From Gammaproteobacteria bacterium SCGC AG-212-F23 (lineage in GTDB: Bacteria; Pseudomonadota; Gammaproteobacteria; DSM-16500): a stretch of 57,674 bases of DNA. Shown in pieces: positions 40,830 through 50,615 of the stretch. The number at the start of each line of letters is the position of its first letter. The first letter of the stretch is position 1. The position numbers and the translations under genes are program-made. The stretch is from positions 1 through 57,674 of the forward strand of contig LSTE01000001.1 of the NCBI GenBank assembly GCA_001644445.1, in the 5' to 3' direction. Below the pieces are notes generated by a model that saw only the letters and a program-made list of their open reading frames with translations, was not told the DNA's origin and ran no database searches.

Positions 40830-43514
40830 TTAAATAACTACTTCCTTAGATAGCATACTCCGCAACACATACTGCAAAATCCCACCATTACGAAAATATT
40901 CCATTTCATTTAAGGTATCAATACGACAAAGCAGTTCAATATCAGTTGTTGTACCATCAGTTCTATGAATTTTCGCTTGCACATTCATATGAGGTTGAAT
41001 ATTGCCATCTATATTTAAAATATCAAAAACTTCATCACCTTTGAGTTGCAAAGTTTTACGCGTCATTTGATTTTTAAATTCTAAAGGCAAAATACCCATG
41101 CCAACTAAATTAGAACGATGAATACGTTCGAAACTTTCTGCAATCACCGCTTTAACGCCTAGAAGTTTAGGGCCTTTGGCTGCCCAGTCACGCGAAGAGC
41201 CGGTGCCGTATTCTTTTCCTGCAATAATAATTAAAGGGATATGATTATTTTGGTAACGCATAGCGGCATCGTAAATAGATAATGTTTCACCGGTTGGAAT
41301 ATATTTAGTAAAACCACCTTCTATATTATCTAACATTTCATTTTTGATACGGATGTTAGCAAACGTTCCACGCACCATGACTTCATGATTACCACGTCTT
41401 GCACCTAATGAATTAAAATCTGCAACACTGACGCCATGTTCTAATAGATATTGGCCAGCAGGACTGTCTTTTTTGATAGAGCCTGCAGGTGAGATATGAT
41501 CAGTAGTAATGCTGTCGCCTAAGATTGCTAAAATGCGTGCGCCTTGAATATTGTGTAATTTGTCAGGTGTTTTTTGCATGTCGTCAAAAAAAGGTGGTTC
41601 GTGAATATAAGTAGAACTTTTTTGCCAAACATAGGTTTGGCTATCGGGTGTTTTCATGGCTTGCCAATCATGTGCGCCGGTAAAAACATCTTTGTATTGT
41701 TCTCTAAACATTTTGCCGCTGACTTTTTCCATGGCTTTTGCAATTTCGGCACTCGATGGCCAAATATCTTTAAGAAAAACAGCTTGGCCTTTTTGATCAT
41801 GGCCCAATGGTTCTTTGTTTAAATCAATTTGCGTTGTGCCAGCAATAGCAAACGCAACCACTAATGGTGGTGAGGCTAACCAATTTGCTTTCACTTGTGG
41901 ATGTACGCGGCCTTCAAAATTACGATTGCCTGAGAGTACAGCAGAGACAATTAAATCATTTTGAGTAATGGCATTCGCAACAGGATCAGGTAGAGGGCCT
42001 GAATTGCCTATACATGTTGTGCAACCGTAACCAACAAGATTAAATCCTAATTTATCTAAATAATTTTGTAAGCCTGCTTCTTTGAGATAAAGTGTCACGA
42101 CTTGTGAACCTGGTGCGAGTGAGGTTTTGACCCAAGGTTTTTGGCTTAAGCCTTTTTCAACAGCTTTTTTGGCGAGTAATCCAGCTGCCATTAACACGCT
42201 AGGATTCGATGTATTTGTGCAACTAGTGATGGCAGCAATGACGACATCACCGTGATGTAAATCATAATCTTCACTGGTTTTGAAAGCGGATTTTTTTTCA
42301 TTTAAGCGATTAGCATCACTGAGTAGTTTATCGAATGCAGGTATTAACTGATTTAAGGTGACATGATCTTGTGGACGCTTAGGGCCAGCAAGACTTGATT
42401 CTATGCTTGTTAAATCCAGTTCTAAGATATCGGTAAATACAGGATCATCTGCATTTTTATCGTGCCATAAGCCTTGTGCTTTTGCATATGTTTCTACGAG
42501 TGCGATAGTTTGTTCATCACGACCTGTTAAACGTAAATAATCTAATGTTGCTTGATCAATAGGAAAAAAACCACAAGTCGCGCCATATTCCGGTGCCATA
42601 TTAGCAATAGTAGCGCGATCAGCTAAAGTGAGCTCATCTAATCCTGGACCATAAAATTCTACAAATTTTCCGACGACGCCTTTTTTACGTAAATGATGAG
42701 TAACAGTGAGTACAAGATCGGTTGCGGTTGTGCCTTCACGCAATTTCCCTGTGAGTTTTACGCCTACGACTTCTGGGATTAACATAGAAATCGGTTGTCC
42801 TAACATAGCCGCTTCTGCTTCAATACCACCAACACCCCAGCCTAAGACACCTAAACCATTAATCATGGTTGTGTGACTGTCTGTGCCAACTAAGGTATCG
42901 GGGTACGCGTATTTTTTGCCATTAATTTCTTGTGACCAAATTGTTTTTGCTAAAAATTCTAAATTCACTTGATGACAAATACCGGTATCAGGCGGCACTA
43001 CACGAAAATTCTCGAATGCTTTTTGCCCCCAACGTAAAAATTCATAACGTTCGCGATTACGGTGCATTTCTAATTTTGCATTGACATCTAACGCTTTGTT
43101 ATTGCCGAATTGATCGACTTGCACAGAATGATCAATCACCAAATCAACAGAGGAGAGTGGGTTAATGCGTTTAGCATTACCGCCTAATTTTTCGATGGCA
43201 GAGCGCATGGCAGCAAGGTCAGCGACTGCTGGAACACCGGTAAAATCTTGCATAAGCACGCGAGCTGGTCGGTAAGCAATTTCACGGTCAGAAGATTTAT
43301 TTTTTAACCAGGCAGGGATGGCTTTGATATCTTCTGTGGTGACTGTTTTACCATCTTCATGGCGTAAAAGATTTTCAAGTAGGATTTTTAAAGAGACAGG
43401 TAGTTGCTTTAGGCCTTTTAATCCAGCATCTTCTGCAGCAGGTAGGCTGAAATAGTCATATTCAGTATTATTTACTGTTAATGTGCGGCGGCTTTTAAAA
43501 GAATCTGTAGTCAT
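40830..43514 (-). CDS. acnA: Aconitate hydratase A
   Basis: 894 aa. Fe-S ligand contexts are TDSHTTM, CTNTSNP and GCTTCIGNSG. Confidence 0.97.
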   Translation of the reverse strand: MTTDSFKSRRTLTVNNTEYDYFSLPAAEDAGLKGLKQLPVSLKILLENLLRHEDGKTVTTEDIKAIPAWLKNKSSDREIAYRPARVLMQDFTGVPAVADLAAMRSAIEKLGGNAKRINPLSSVDLVIDHSVQVDQFGNNKALDVNAKLEMHRNRERYEFLRWGQKAFENFRVVPPDTGICHQVNLEFLAKTIWSQEINGKKYAYPDTLVGTDSHTTMINGLGVLGWGVGGIEAEAAMLGQPISMLIPEVVGVKLTGKLREGTTATDLVLTVTHHLRKKGVVGKFVEFYGPGLDELTLADRATIANMAPEYGATCGFFPIDQATLDYLRLTGRDEQTIALVETYAKAQGLWHDKNADDPVFTDILELDLTSIESSLAGPKRPQDHVTLNQLIPAFDKLLSDANRLNEKKSAFKTSEDYDLHHGDVVIAAITSCTNTSNPSVLMAAGLLAKKAVEKGLSQKPWVKTSLAPGSQVVTLYLKEAGLQNYLDKLGFNLVGYGCTTCIGNSGPLPDPVANAITQNDLIVSAVLSGNRNFEGRVHPQVKANWLASPPLVVAFAIAGTTQIDLNKEPLGHDQKGQAVFLKDIWPSSAEIAKAMEKVSGKMFREQYKDVFTGAHDWQAMKTPDSQTYVWQKSSTYIHEPPFFDDMQKTPDKLHNIQGARILAILGDSITTDHISPAGSIKKDSPAGQYLLEHGVSVADFNSLGARRGNHEVMVRGTFANIRIKNEMLDNIEGGFTKYIPTGETLSIYDAAMRYQNNHIPLIIIAGKEYGTGSSRDWAAKGPKLLGVKAVIAESFERIHRSNLVGMGILPLEFKNQMTRKTLQLKGDEVFDILNIDGNIQPHMNVQAKIHRTDGTTTDIELLCRIDTLNEMEYFRNGGILQYVLRSMLSKEVVI

Positions 43515-43550
43515 CTGTCCATATCTCCCATTCTATAGTAATATACTACA

Positions 43551-44441
43551 ATGATAATCCCTATTAATGAAGTAAAAGAATATTTGCTAAGCTTGCAAAA
43601 CATGATTTGTGAGACGTTTAGCCTTTTGGAAAAAGAGAAATTTCCAGAGGATATATGGCAGCACCACCAAGGTGGCGGTGGCATCAGTCGTGTGTTGACT
43701 GATGGTAGTGTGATTGAAAAAGGTGGGGTTAATTTTTCGCACATCTTAGGAGGTGATCTGCCTCCGGCGGCGACTGAAAAGCGTCCTGAATTAAAAGGTC
43801 AAAAATTTCAAGCACTAGGTGTTTCTGCGGTTATTCATCCTGTAAATCCTTATGTGCCGACTTCACATATGAATGTAAGATTTTTTCTTGCTGAAAATAA
43901 TGTGTTTTGGTTTGGCGGTGGTTTTGATTTAACGCCATATTATGGATTTGCAGAAGATTGTGTTCTATGGCATGAATTTGCAAAAAAAGCTTGTGAACCT
44001 TTTGGTAAAGACGTTTATCCTACATTTAAAAAATGCTGCGATGATTATTTTTATTTAAAACACAGGCAAGAACCTCGCGGCATTGGTGGATTATTTTTTG
44101 ATGATTTGCATGAATGGGGTTTTGAACAATGTTTTGCATTTATCAAAAATGTAGGAAAATATTATCTTGAAGCGTACAAAATAATTTTAGAAAAACGTAA
44201 AAATATTTCCTATACTCAACGCGAAAAAGATTTTCAGAAATATCGACGTGGGCGTTATGTAGAATTCAATTTGTTATATGATCGCGGCACATTATTTGGC
44301 TTACAAACAGGCGGTCGTACTGAATCTATTTTAATGTCATTACCTCCTGAAGTTGTTTGGAAATATCAATGGCATCCTGATCCAGGAAGCGCGGAGGCGG
44401 AATTATATGATGAATTTTTGAAGCCAAGAAACTGGGTATAA
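43551..44441 (+). CDS. hemF: Oxygen-dependent coproporphyrinogen III oxidase
   Basis: Contains [14 protein letters not shown] and [30 protein letters not shown]. It is collinear with E. coli HemF from residue 1. Confidence 0.95.
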   Translation: MIIPINEVKEYLLSLQNMICETFSLLEKEKFPEDIWQHHQGGGGISRVLTDGSVIEKGGVNFSHILGGDLPPAATEKRPELKGQKFQALGVSAVIHPVNPYVPTSHMNVRFFLAENNVFWFGGGFDLTPYYGFAEDCVLWHEFAKKACEPFGKDVYPTFKKCCDDYFYLKHRQEPRGIGGLFFDDLHEWGFEQCFAFIKNVGKYYLEAYKIILEKRKNISYTQREKDFQKYRRGRYVEFNLLYDRGTLFGLQTGGRTESILMSLPPEVVWKYQWHPDPGSAEAELYDEFLKPRNWV

Positions 44442-44471
44442 AAAGCGTTGTTGCATGATTCCTCTGATATA

Positions 44472-44546
44472 CGTCGTCCCGCGGCTTGTCCGCGGGATCC
44501 AGAGGATAACTTATTCTGGTTCCCGTGAACAAGTCACGGGACGACG
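44472..44546. mobile_element. Module A, complete 75-bp unit (best-defined copy)
   Basis: Left end CGTCGTCCCGCGGCTTGTCCGCGGGATCCAG, a 13-nt spacer and right end CTGGTTCCCGTGAACAAGTCACGGGACGACG. It lies between the convergent hemF and 145-aa ORF stops. Confidence 0.9.
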
Positions 44547-44554
44547 CCTGAATG

Positions 44555-44992
44555 CTAACTCAACTGATTACCCGATTTAATATTCGCATCTAGCACAATG
44601 GTTTCAATTTTCTTGCTCTTCTTGTTTACAAAGAGTAGACCATTTTCCAGTTTGTAAACGGTAACACAAACAGGTTTACCTTGATGCCAGTGCTGCCAAG
44701 TTGCACACAAAGTTCCATCGGCTTCTACTAGCCATTTGCCTTGATCTGATTGCGGATCATTATCTGGTTTTGCTGAAAAACGACCTTGTAATTGATTATT
44801 TTTGTCAAAATAACCCGTAAATGTATTATTAATAAGCTCATTATTGAGCGTAATTAATGGAATAGTCACAATAGTTTTATCTTGAAGAGTATTAATTACT
44901 TGCAGTTTATTTAAAGATTGAATTGAAAGCCCATAAGCCAAGCTGCTAAGTGTTATTAATAGAGTTGAAATAACTAGAATTAATTTTCTCAT
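44555..44992 (-). CDS. Secreted hypothetical protein
   Basis: 145 aa. A clear signal peptide, MRKLILVISTLLITLSSLAYG. No recognisable domain. Confidence 0.6.
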   Translation of the reverse strand: MRKLILVISTLLITLSSLAYGLSIQSLNKLQVINTLQDKTIVTIPLITLNNELINNTFTGYFDKNNQLQGRFSAKPDNDPQSDQGKWLVEADGTLCATWQHWHQGKPVCVTVYKLENGLLFVNKKSKKIETIVLDANIKSGNQLS

Positions 44993-45115
44993 TGCTATCC
45001 TTCCTTAGATTAAATGAATGAATTATCAATAATACACGATAAAAATAAAAAATGATATCAAAATCAGCTATTTTAAAGTATTATTTGTTTTCATTTATAT
45101 TAATTAGGAGAAGCT

Positions 45116-45781
45116 ATGTTAAGGAAAACAGCTATTATTTTGGGTATGTTATCTTTCTCAACGCTTGCTTGGGGCGAGGGATTTTATCTAGGTGCAGGTG
45201 TTGGCCCCGATTTTGCGAATTTTAAACAAAGCTCTTCTGTCATCATGCCTGGCAGTTTTAATGTCAAAAACACGACGCAAATGGCGGGCACAGGGATATT
45301 TGGTACGCTTTTTGGTGGTTATGGCTGGCGTCAGCAACAATTTTATTTGGCAGGTGAAGCGAATATTGATACGAGTTCTGTTGAATCACAGGCTTCGAAT
45401 GATGAATTTGTTCATAGCAGTTTTTCTAAAACTTCTTATACCATTCCTAATCGTTTTGGTTTAAGTGTGTTACCCGGATATTTATTAGCGCAAGCTACAT
45501 TATTTTATTTACGACTTGCTTACGCTAATGCTAATTTTAAAATTTCCACAACAGATACTTCTTTGGCAGATGTTAGCAAACGATTAAGTGGTTTTCGATA
45601 TGGTTTAGGTGTTAATCAAGAAGTCTCTCAACATTTTGCGGTGAGAATGGAGTACAGCGCGATTCGTTATCAAAATACGACTTTTACTACGTTTGATAAA
45701 CTGAGTAGCGTTACTAAAAAGACAACGATTACACCAGAATCAGGACAAGTCGAGTTTGGTTTAGTTTACAACTTTGGTTAG
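45116..45781 (+). CDS. Small outer-membrane beta-barrel protein (OmpA-like/OMP_b-brl type)
   Basis: Signal peptide ..STLAWG, alternating hydrophobic beta-strand pattern and aromatic-rich C-terminal strand EFGLVYNFG. GGAGAAG lies upstream. Confidence 0.75.
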   Translation: MLRKTAIILGMLSFSTLAWGEGFYLGAGVGPDFANFKQSSSVIMPGSFNVKNTTQMAGTGIFGTLFGGYGWRQQQFYLAGEANIDTSSVESQASNDEFVHSSFSKTSYTIPNRFGLSVLPGYLLAQATLFYLRLAYANANFKISTTDTSLADVSKRLSGFRYGLGVNQEVSQHFAVRMEYSAIRYQNTTFTTFDKLSSVTKKTTITPESGQVEFGLVYNFG

Positions 45782-46991
45782 GGTGCACCGGCAAAATAAA
45801 CAAACTCTGGTGGAAAAAGTAGATGTTATCATTGTCGGTGCTGGCGCTGCTGGGTTAATGTGTGCGATAGAAGCGGGTAAGCGAGGACGTAAAGTAGTCG
45901 TCCTTGAACATGCCAATAAACCAGGTAAAAAAATTTTGATGTCCGGTGGCGGTCGCTGTAATTTTACAAATTATCATATTGATCCAGCCAATTATATTTC
46001 CCACAATCCACATTTTTGTAAATCAGCATTGAGTCGTTACACACAATGGGATTTTATTGATTTAGTTAAGCATCACGGTATTGCGTTTCATGAAAAAACG
46101 TTAGGGCAATTATTTTGCGATCATAAATCGCAGGAAATTCTGCATATGTTATTATTAGAGTGCGAATCAGTGAATGCAGAAATTCGTTTAAACACACACA
46201 TAGAAAAAATTGAAAAAGACAGCGATCATCATTTTAAAATCAGCAGTAGTCGTGGTCACTTTCATTGTCAATCATTAGTGATTGCTAGCGGTGGATTATC
46301 AATACCAACGATGGGTGCTAGTCCATTCGGATATAAAGTGGCTGAACAATTCGGCATTTCTGTTTGGCCAACGCGAGCAGGTTTAGTACCTTTTACGCTT
46401 CATGCCGATGAGAAAGAAAAGTTATCGGTGCTTTCAGGTATTTCAGTGGATGCGCTAGTTAATCATGAGCAGATACACTTTCGTGAAAATATATTGTTTA
46501 CACATCGCGGTTTAAGCGGGCCTGCAGTTTTACAAATTTCTTCTTATTGGCAACCAGGTGAAACAATCACAATAGATATGACTCCGGAAAAAAATCTTTT
46601 TGAAATTTTAAAGTCTGATAAAAAAGCATATCCACAAAAACAATTAAAATCCATCATGGTTGATTACCTACCTAAAAGAGTTATCGATGTATTTTTAAAA
46701 GATATTATTGCTGAAAAGAAAATAGCTGATATTTCGCATCAACACTTACAAGAAGTCGCAGATATATTCAAATCCTGGGTACTTAGCCCTAATGGTACAG
46801 AAGGCTATCGCACTGCAGAAGTCACTTTAGGTGGTGTTGATTGTGATGCAATTTCTTCAAAAACTATGCAGGCAATTAATATTCCAGGTTTGTTTTTTAT
46901 CGGTGAAGTATTAGATGTCACCGGTTGGTTAGGCGGTTATAATTTTCAATGGGCATGGTCTTCCGGCTGGGCAGCGGGACAAGAAGCATAA
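45774..46991 (+). CDS. YhiN/BaiN-family FAD-dependent oxidoreductase
   Basis: Rossmann motif DVIIVGAGAAGLMCA, plus GGGRCNFTN and a C-terminal GGYNFQWAWSSG. The true start may be GTG 45810 rather than TTG 45774. Confidence 0.85.
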   Translation: MVRVHRQNKQTLVEKVDVIIVGAGAAGLMCAIEAGKRGRKVVVLEHANKPGKKILMSGGGRCNFTNYHIDPANYISHNPHFCKSALSRYTQWDFIDLVKHHGIAFHEKTLGQLFCDHKSQEILHMLLLECESVNAEIRLNTHIEKIEKDSDHHFKISSSRGHFHCQSLVIASGGLSIPTMGASPFGYKVAEQFGISVWPTRAGLVPFTLHADEKEKLSVLSGISVDALVNHEQIHFRENILFTHRGLSGPAVLQISSYWQPGETITIDMTPEKNLFEILKSDKKAYPQKQLKSIMVDYLPKRVIDVFLKDIIAEKKIADISHQHLQEVADIFKSWVLSPNGTEGYRTAEVTLGGVDCDAISSKTMQAINIPGLFFIGEVLDVTGWLGGYNFQWAWSSGWAAGQEA

Positions 46992-47002
46992 GGATTATTA
47001 AT

Positions 47003-47419
47003 ATGATAGTGATTACAAAATATATTTCACTCAATCCAGCAGATATCAAATTAACATTTATTGCCTCACCTGGACCAGGAGGGCAAAATGTTAATAAGGT
47101 TGCGACGGCAGTGCAATTACGTTTTGATGTTTTGCATTCACCATCATTGCCAGAAAGTGTGCGAGCAAGACTTTTGACAATGTTAGGTAAAAAAATCACA
47201 AAAGATGGCGAGTTAATTATCAAGGCCAGCACTCATCGCACCCAAGAACGCAACAAGCAAGATGCACTGCATCGCTTGTGTTTGTTAATTAAGCGTGCAG
47301 CAATCGTTCCGAAAAAACGCAAAAAAACAAAACCCACATTAGCATCTAAACAACGTCGTTTAACTACCAAGAAGTTACATAGTGCAAGAAAAGCATTACG
47401 ACGAGCGCCTGTTTCTTAA
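47003..47419 (+). CDS. arfB: Peptidyl-tRNA hydrolase ArfB (ribosome rescue)
   Basis: Start MIVITKY at 47003 after AAGGA (the track start 46949 lies inside the upstream gene). GGQ motif SPGPGGQNVNKV and a basic C-terminal tail. Confidence 0.9.
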   Translation: MIVITKYISLNPADIKLTFIASPGPGGQNVNKVATAVQLRFDVLHSPSLPESVRARLLTMLGKKITKDGELIIKASTHRTQERNKQDALHRLCLLIKRAAIVPKKRKKTKPTLASKQRRLTTKKLHSARKALRRAPVS

Positions 47420-47456
47420 CCGCTTTGCGTTGTTGTATAATTTCTCTGATGATACA

Positions 47457-47592
47457 CGTCGTCCCGCGGCTTGTCCGCGGGATCCAGTGTCATCCCGAGG
47501 TGTGTTTTTCACACCGAGGGATCTCCTGCTTACAGGGAGATCACACGCGTAGCTCGGGATGACACGAGTGCGCACTGGATCCCGCGACGACG
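47457..47592. mobile_element. Nested element: module C inserted inside module A, with a truncated A right end
   Basis: A left end at 47457..47487. Module C at 47487..47565 is bounded by GTGTCATCCCGAG / CTCGGGATGACAC, with internal hairpins at 47499..47515 and 47520..47542. The A right end at 47575..47592 lacks 12 nt of the hairpin. Confidence 0.9.
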
Positions 47593-47607
47593 TATATTAT
47601 TGAGTTT

Positions 47608-47877
47608 TTATTCATTTTTACGGTAAACGATGCCAATACTTCCAATCAACTGAATAGGGCAGGCAAAAACTGCGTCGCAAATTTCAATAAATAGCGCATG
47701 TCGCACATCTCTATCACTTTCAGCAATACGAATTTTTATTAATTCATGATCTGTAAGTCCACGATCTACTTCAGTTTTAATATTTTCAGTAATACCTTGA
47801 TGACCGATAAAAACAATAGGCTTAAGCGCATGCGCTTTGCCTTTAAGGTGTTGCTTTTCTTTTGTGGTTAATTTCAT
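47608..47877 (-). CDS. yhbY: RNA-binding protein YhbY (CRM domain)
   Basis: Start MKLTTKEKQHLKGKAHALKPIVFIGHQGIT at 47877 (AGGAAC upstream). It is collinear with E. coli YhbY. Confidence 0.88.
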   Translation of the reverse strand: MKLTTKEKQHLKGKAHALKPIVFIGHQGITENIKTEVDRGLTDHELIKIRIAESDRDVRHALFIEICDAVFACPIQLIGSIGIVYRKNE

Positions 47878-48033
47878 TTTGTTCCTGAAAAATTGGGATT
47901 CCAAGGACGTAATTTCCCAACATAATTATGATTTTCTATCAACATGTTGCTATAGAAAGTAATACGTTTCTGTATATCATATGGCCACCATAGATTAGAT
48001 AGTGAGCATTGTAAAAGATTGCTAGTAAAAATG

Positions 48034-48816
48034 CTACTTGAATTTATATCCTCGCAAGGCGTCGTCCCGCGGCTTGTCCGCGGGATCCAGTATTTTAGTT
48101 GATGCAGATACTGTTGTTATGTTTGTATTTATCGGTTGATACAACGTAGCTGTAGTTGCTGTGAGAGGCCTAGATGAAACTACTGCTGTGTTTGGCGAAG
48201 AATTACTAGTTGCTGCTTTTGTCCCTGCATTTTGTACATAATGATTTTTAAGATTGATAATATGATTTCGTGTATTTAAAGCGAGAGCATCAAATTGTAT
48301 AGCTGAGATTCCTCGTGACATCATGCCGTGCAAGTTGTCAAAATATTGATTAAAACAATCAAGTGCGAGATCGGTAGTCATCCATTTTCTCTTTACCCAT
48401 TCGGTGACACATTGATTTCGCTTTTTGTATGCATCTATGTATTCATTGGGTGACAAAAAATGAAATGTTTTAAAATATACATGACATTGAGTGTCATATA
48501 AATGTAAGAGAAGAGGTGCTACTATAAATTGTTTTTTTTGCAAATACTTGTTAAGACTATCTTCATAAGATTTAAATGTTACTTCATTTGGGAAATTTGT
48601 AGCACAACTCATTGTTTGTAGAAATTCGGGTATATATTTATCACGCATGGTGTTGGCAAATTCTTTCATGTCATCTGTATCTATTGCCGCTAATGCTTTG
48701 AAATATGCTGTATGTATTGTGTTAAACCAATTAATAAGTAATCCTTCAATATTAGTATTATTATGTATAGAGGTTTGAATAGTGCGAATTGAAGGTATCG
48801 ATCGCGAAAATGACAT
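48034..48816 (-). CDS. Orphan protein with an S/T-rich tail and a repeat-derived C-terminus
   Basis: 260-aa ORF. The last 19 aa (..ILDPADKPRDDALRGYKFK) are read through module A at 48060..48090. Confidence 0.6.
   Translation of the reverse strand: MSFSRSIPSIRTIQTSIHNNTNIEGLLINWFNTIHTAYFKALAAIDTDDMKEFANTMRDKYIPEFLQTMSCATNFPNEVTFKSYEDSLNKYLQKKQFIVAPLLLHLYDTQCHVYFKTFHFLSPNEYIDAYKKRNQCVTEWVKRKWMTTDLALDCFNQYFDNLHGMMSRGISAIQFDALALNTRNHIINLKNHYVQNAGTKAATSNSSPNTAVVSSRPLTATTATLYQPINTNITTVSASTKILDPADKPRDDALRGYKFK
48060..48090. repeat. Module A end, solo copy inside a CDS
   Basis: Exact 31-nt match to the other A ends. Confidence 0.95.
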
Positions 48817-48948
48817 AAAATTTCCTCGTTTTATTGGTATCGGTATTATTTTATATCTTAATCTCTATTTTGTCATTATGTAATGAAAAAATATTTTGGC
48901 ATAAATAATACTCATTTGGATTACGAGAAATCTCGTCAGCGCATAAAT

Positions 48949-49611
48949 CTAAACAAAATCTAAATTTATCGTTGGCACTGCGTGATAAACGCCTGGTTGT
49001 TGTAATAGTTTCATCACTTCTGTTGGCGCAGGTTCCGTCAATAGCGGAATTGTGCCTTCATTATTCAATACTTTTGTTAATAATTTTCCATCTAATCCAT
49101 AAGCCTCATTGGTATGTACAGTGACTGCAAAAAAACCTTGTTCGCTACTATCAGCTGGACCAAATTGATGGTAAATCGTACCGTTAAAGCGTAGTGCAAA
49201 CATGCAGTCTGCCGCAATATTTACCGTATACATTTTATCGATGAAATGTTGTGGACGTTGTTTTACTTCTTCAGGAGTTGCTAAACTAAAACGTATAATA
49301 GAACCCTTAGAACCCGTAATTCCAATAATCACTCTATGCCCAACATGTCTGTGAAACAATACATCTCTGTGATCAACTCCGAAAGTATAAATAGCGGTTG
49401 GGTCATCTTTAGCAAAATTGGTTTTGCCAATGAGTGCACTTTGTTCGCAATATTCTTCAACATAATTGCTATGTGTCGCTTGTTTGATAAATGCGGCATC
49501 AACAAATGTTTTTCCTGTGCCTTTGGGAAACTTACCAACGATAGTAATTTCAATTGGCAAACGCTCATCAAAGGTAGGGATGTGGACATGGTTTTTTACT
49601 GAATTATTCAT
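48949..49611 (-). CDS. Hypothetical protein, possibly cupin-like
   Basis: Start MNNSVKNH at 49611 after GGAGG. The His-rich motif FHRHVGHRV ... YHQFGP suggests a metal site. It is divergent from a LysR gene. Confidence 0.55.
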   Translation of the reverse strand: MNNSVKNHVHIPTFDERLPIEITIVGKFPKGTGKTFVDAAFIKQATHSNYVEEYCEQSALIGKTNFAKDDPTAIYTFGVDHRDVLFHRHVGHRVIIGITGSKGSIIRFSLATPEEVKQRPQHFIDKMYTVNIAADCMFALRFNGTIYHQFGPADSSEQGFFAVTVHTNEAYGLDGKLLTKVLNNEGTIPLLTEPAPTEVMKLLQQPGVYHAVPTINLDFV

Positions 49612-49712
49612 TTTATAGCCTCCAAAATAGGTTAATGAAAGCATTGTAAAATCGTTCTCATTAGAATACAATATAGCTATTAACTAACATAGTGTTTATA
49701 TATGGAAACAAT

Positions 49713-50603
49713 ATGCAACAAACTCTGACGCAAATCGCCATTTTTTATCATGTAGTTGATTTAATGAGCTTTTCTAAGGCAGCCAAACGTCTTGGTATGT
49801 CTAAAGGTTTTGTGAGTAAACAGATTAGCCAATTAGAAAATGATATGCGTAGCAAATTATTAGAGCGTAATACTCGGCATTTGAAATTAACTTTTGCGGG
49901 TGAAGAGCTTTTTAAACATAGCCGTAATATTATTTTGGAATATGATCATGCCACTCAAACACTTACTTCATTACAAAATAATCCTGCTGGGTTATTACGC
50001 GTGACAGCACCTCCTGCGTATGCTGCACATATGCTGGCAAAACACTTACCGAATTTTTTAAAAAAATATCCTGAAATACGACTGGATCTTAACTTAACTG
50101 GTGAACAACTTAATTTATTGGAATTTAAAATTGATGTTGCTATTCGCTTGACCCATACGCCGCCTGCTGATCGCATTGCTAAATTACTTGGGCATTATCA
50201 ATTACAAGTCTGCGCTTCGAGTCACTATTTAAAACAATACCCCAATCTTAAACATCCACAGCAATTAGTAGAGCATCCTTGTTTAGTTTATTCAACAGAA
50301 AAAGTCAGCGAACGTTGGCCTTTTATTATTGATGGTGAGCGCACTCATGTTTATGTTAAACCACGTTTAGCATGCAATACATACGAATCGATTTTACAAG
50401 GTGTTTTAAATCATTGCGGTATTGCGAGATTGCCATCATACGTTCTTGTAGAAGAACTAAAGAAAAAAAATATTCAATTATTATTTAACGAATATCTCCC
50501 GCCCGTTATTCCAGTGTATGCCATCTATGCACAAAACCAAAAAATTTCCCCTGCGGTGCGGGTTTTTATTGAGTTCCTGCAATCGATCGCAATTGATGTT
50601 TAA
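49713..50603 (+). CDS. LysR-family transcriptional regulator
   Basis: wHTH LMSFSKAAKRLGMSKGFVSKQISQLE plus a LysR substrate-binding domain. Start taken at MQQTLTQ (49713). Confidence 0.9.
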   Translation: MQQTLTQIAIFYHVVDLMSFSKAAKRLGMSKGFVSKQISQLENDMRSKLLERNTRHLKLTFAGEELFKHSRNIILEYDHATQTLTSLQNNPAGLLRVTAPPAYAAHMLAKHLPNFLKKYPEIRLDLNLTGEQLNLLEFKIDVAIRLTHTPPADRIAKLLGHYQLQVCASSHYLKQYPNLKHPQQLVEHPCLVYSTEKVSERWPFIIDGERTHVYVKPRLACNTYESILQGVLNHCGIARLPSYVLVEELKKKNIQLLFNEYLPPVIPVYAIYAQNQKISPAVRVFIEFLQSIAIDV

Positions 50604-50615
50604 CCTAAGATTTTA

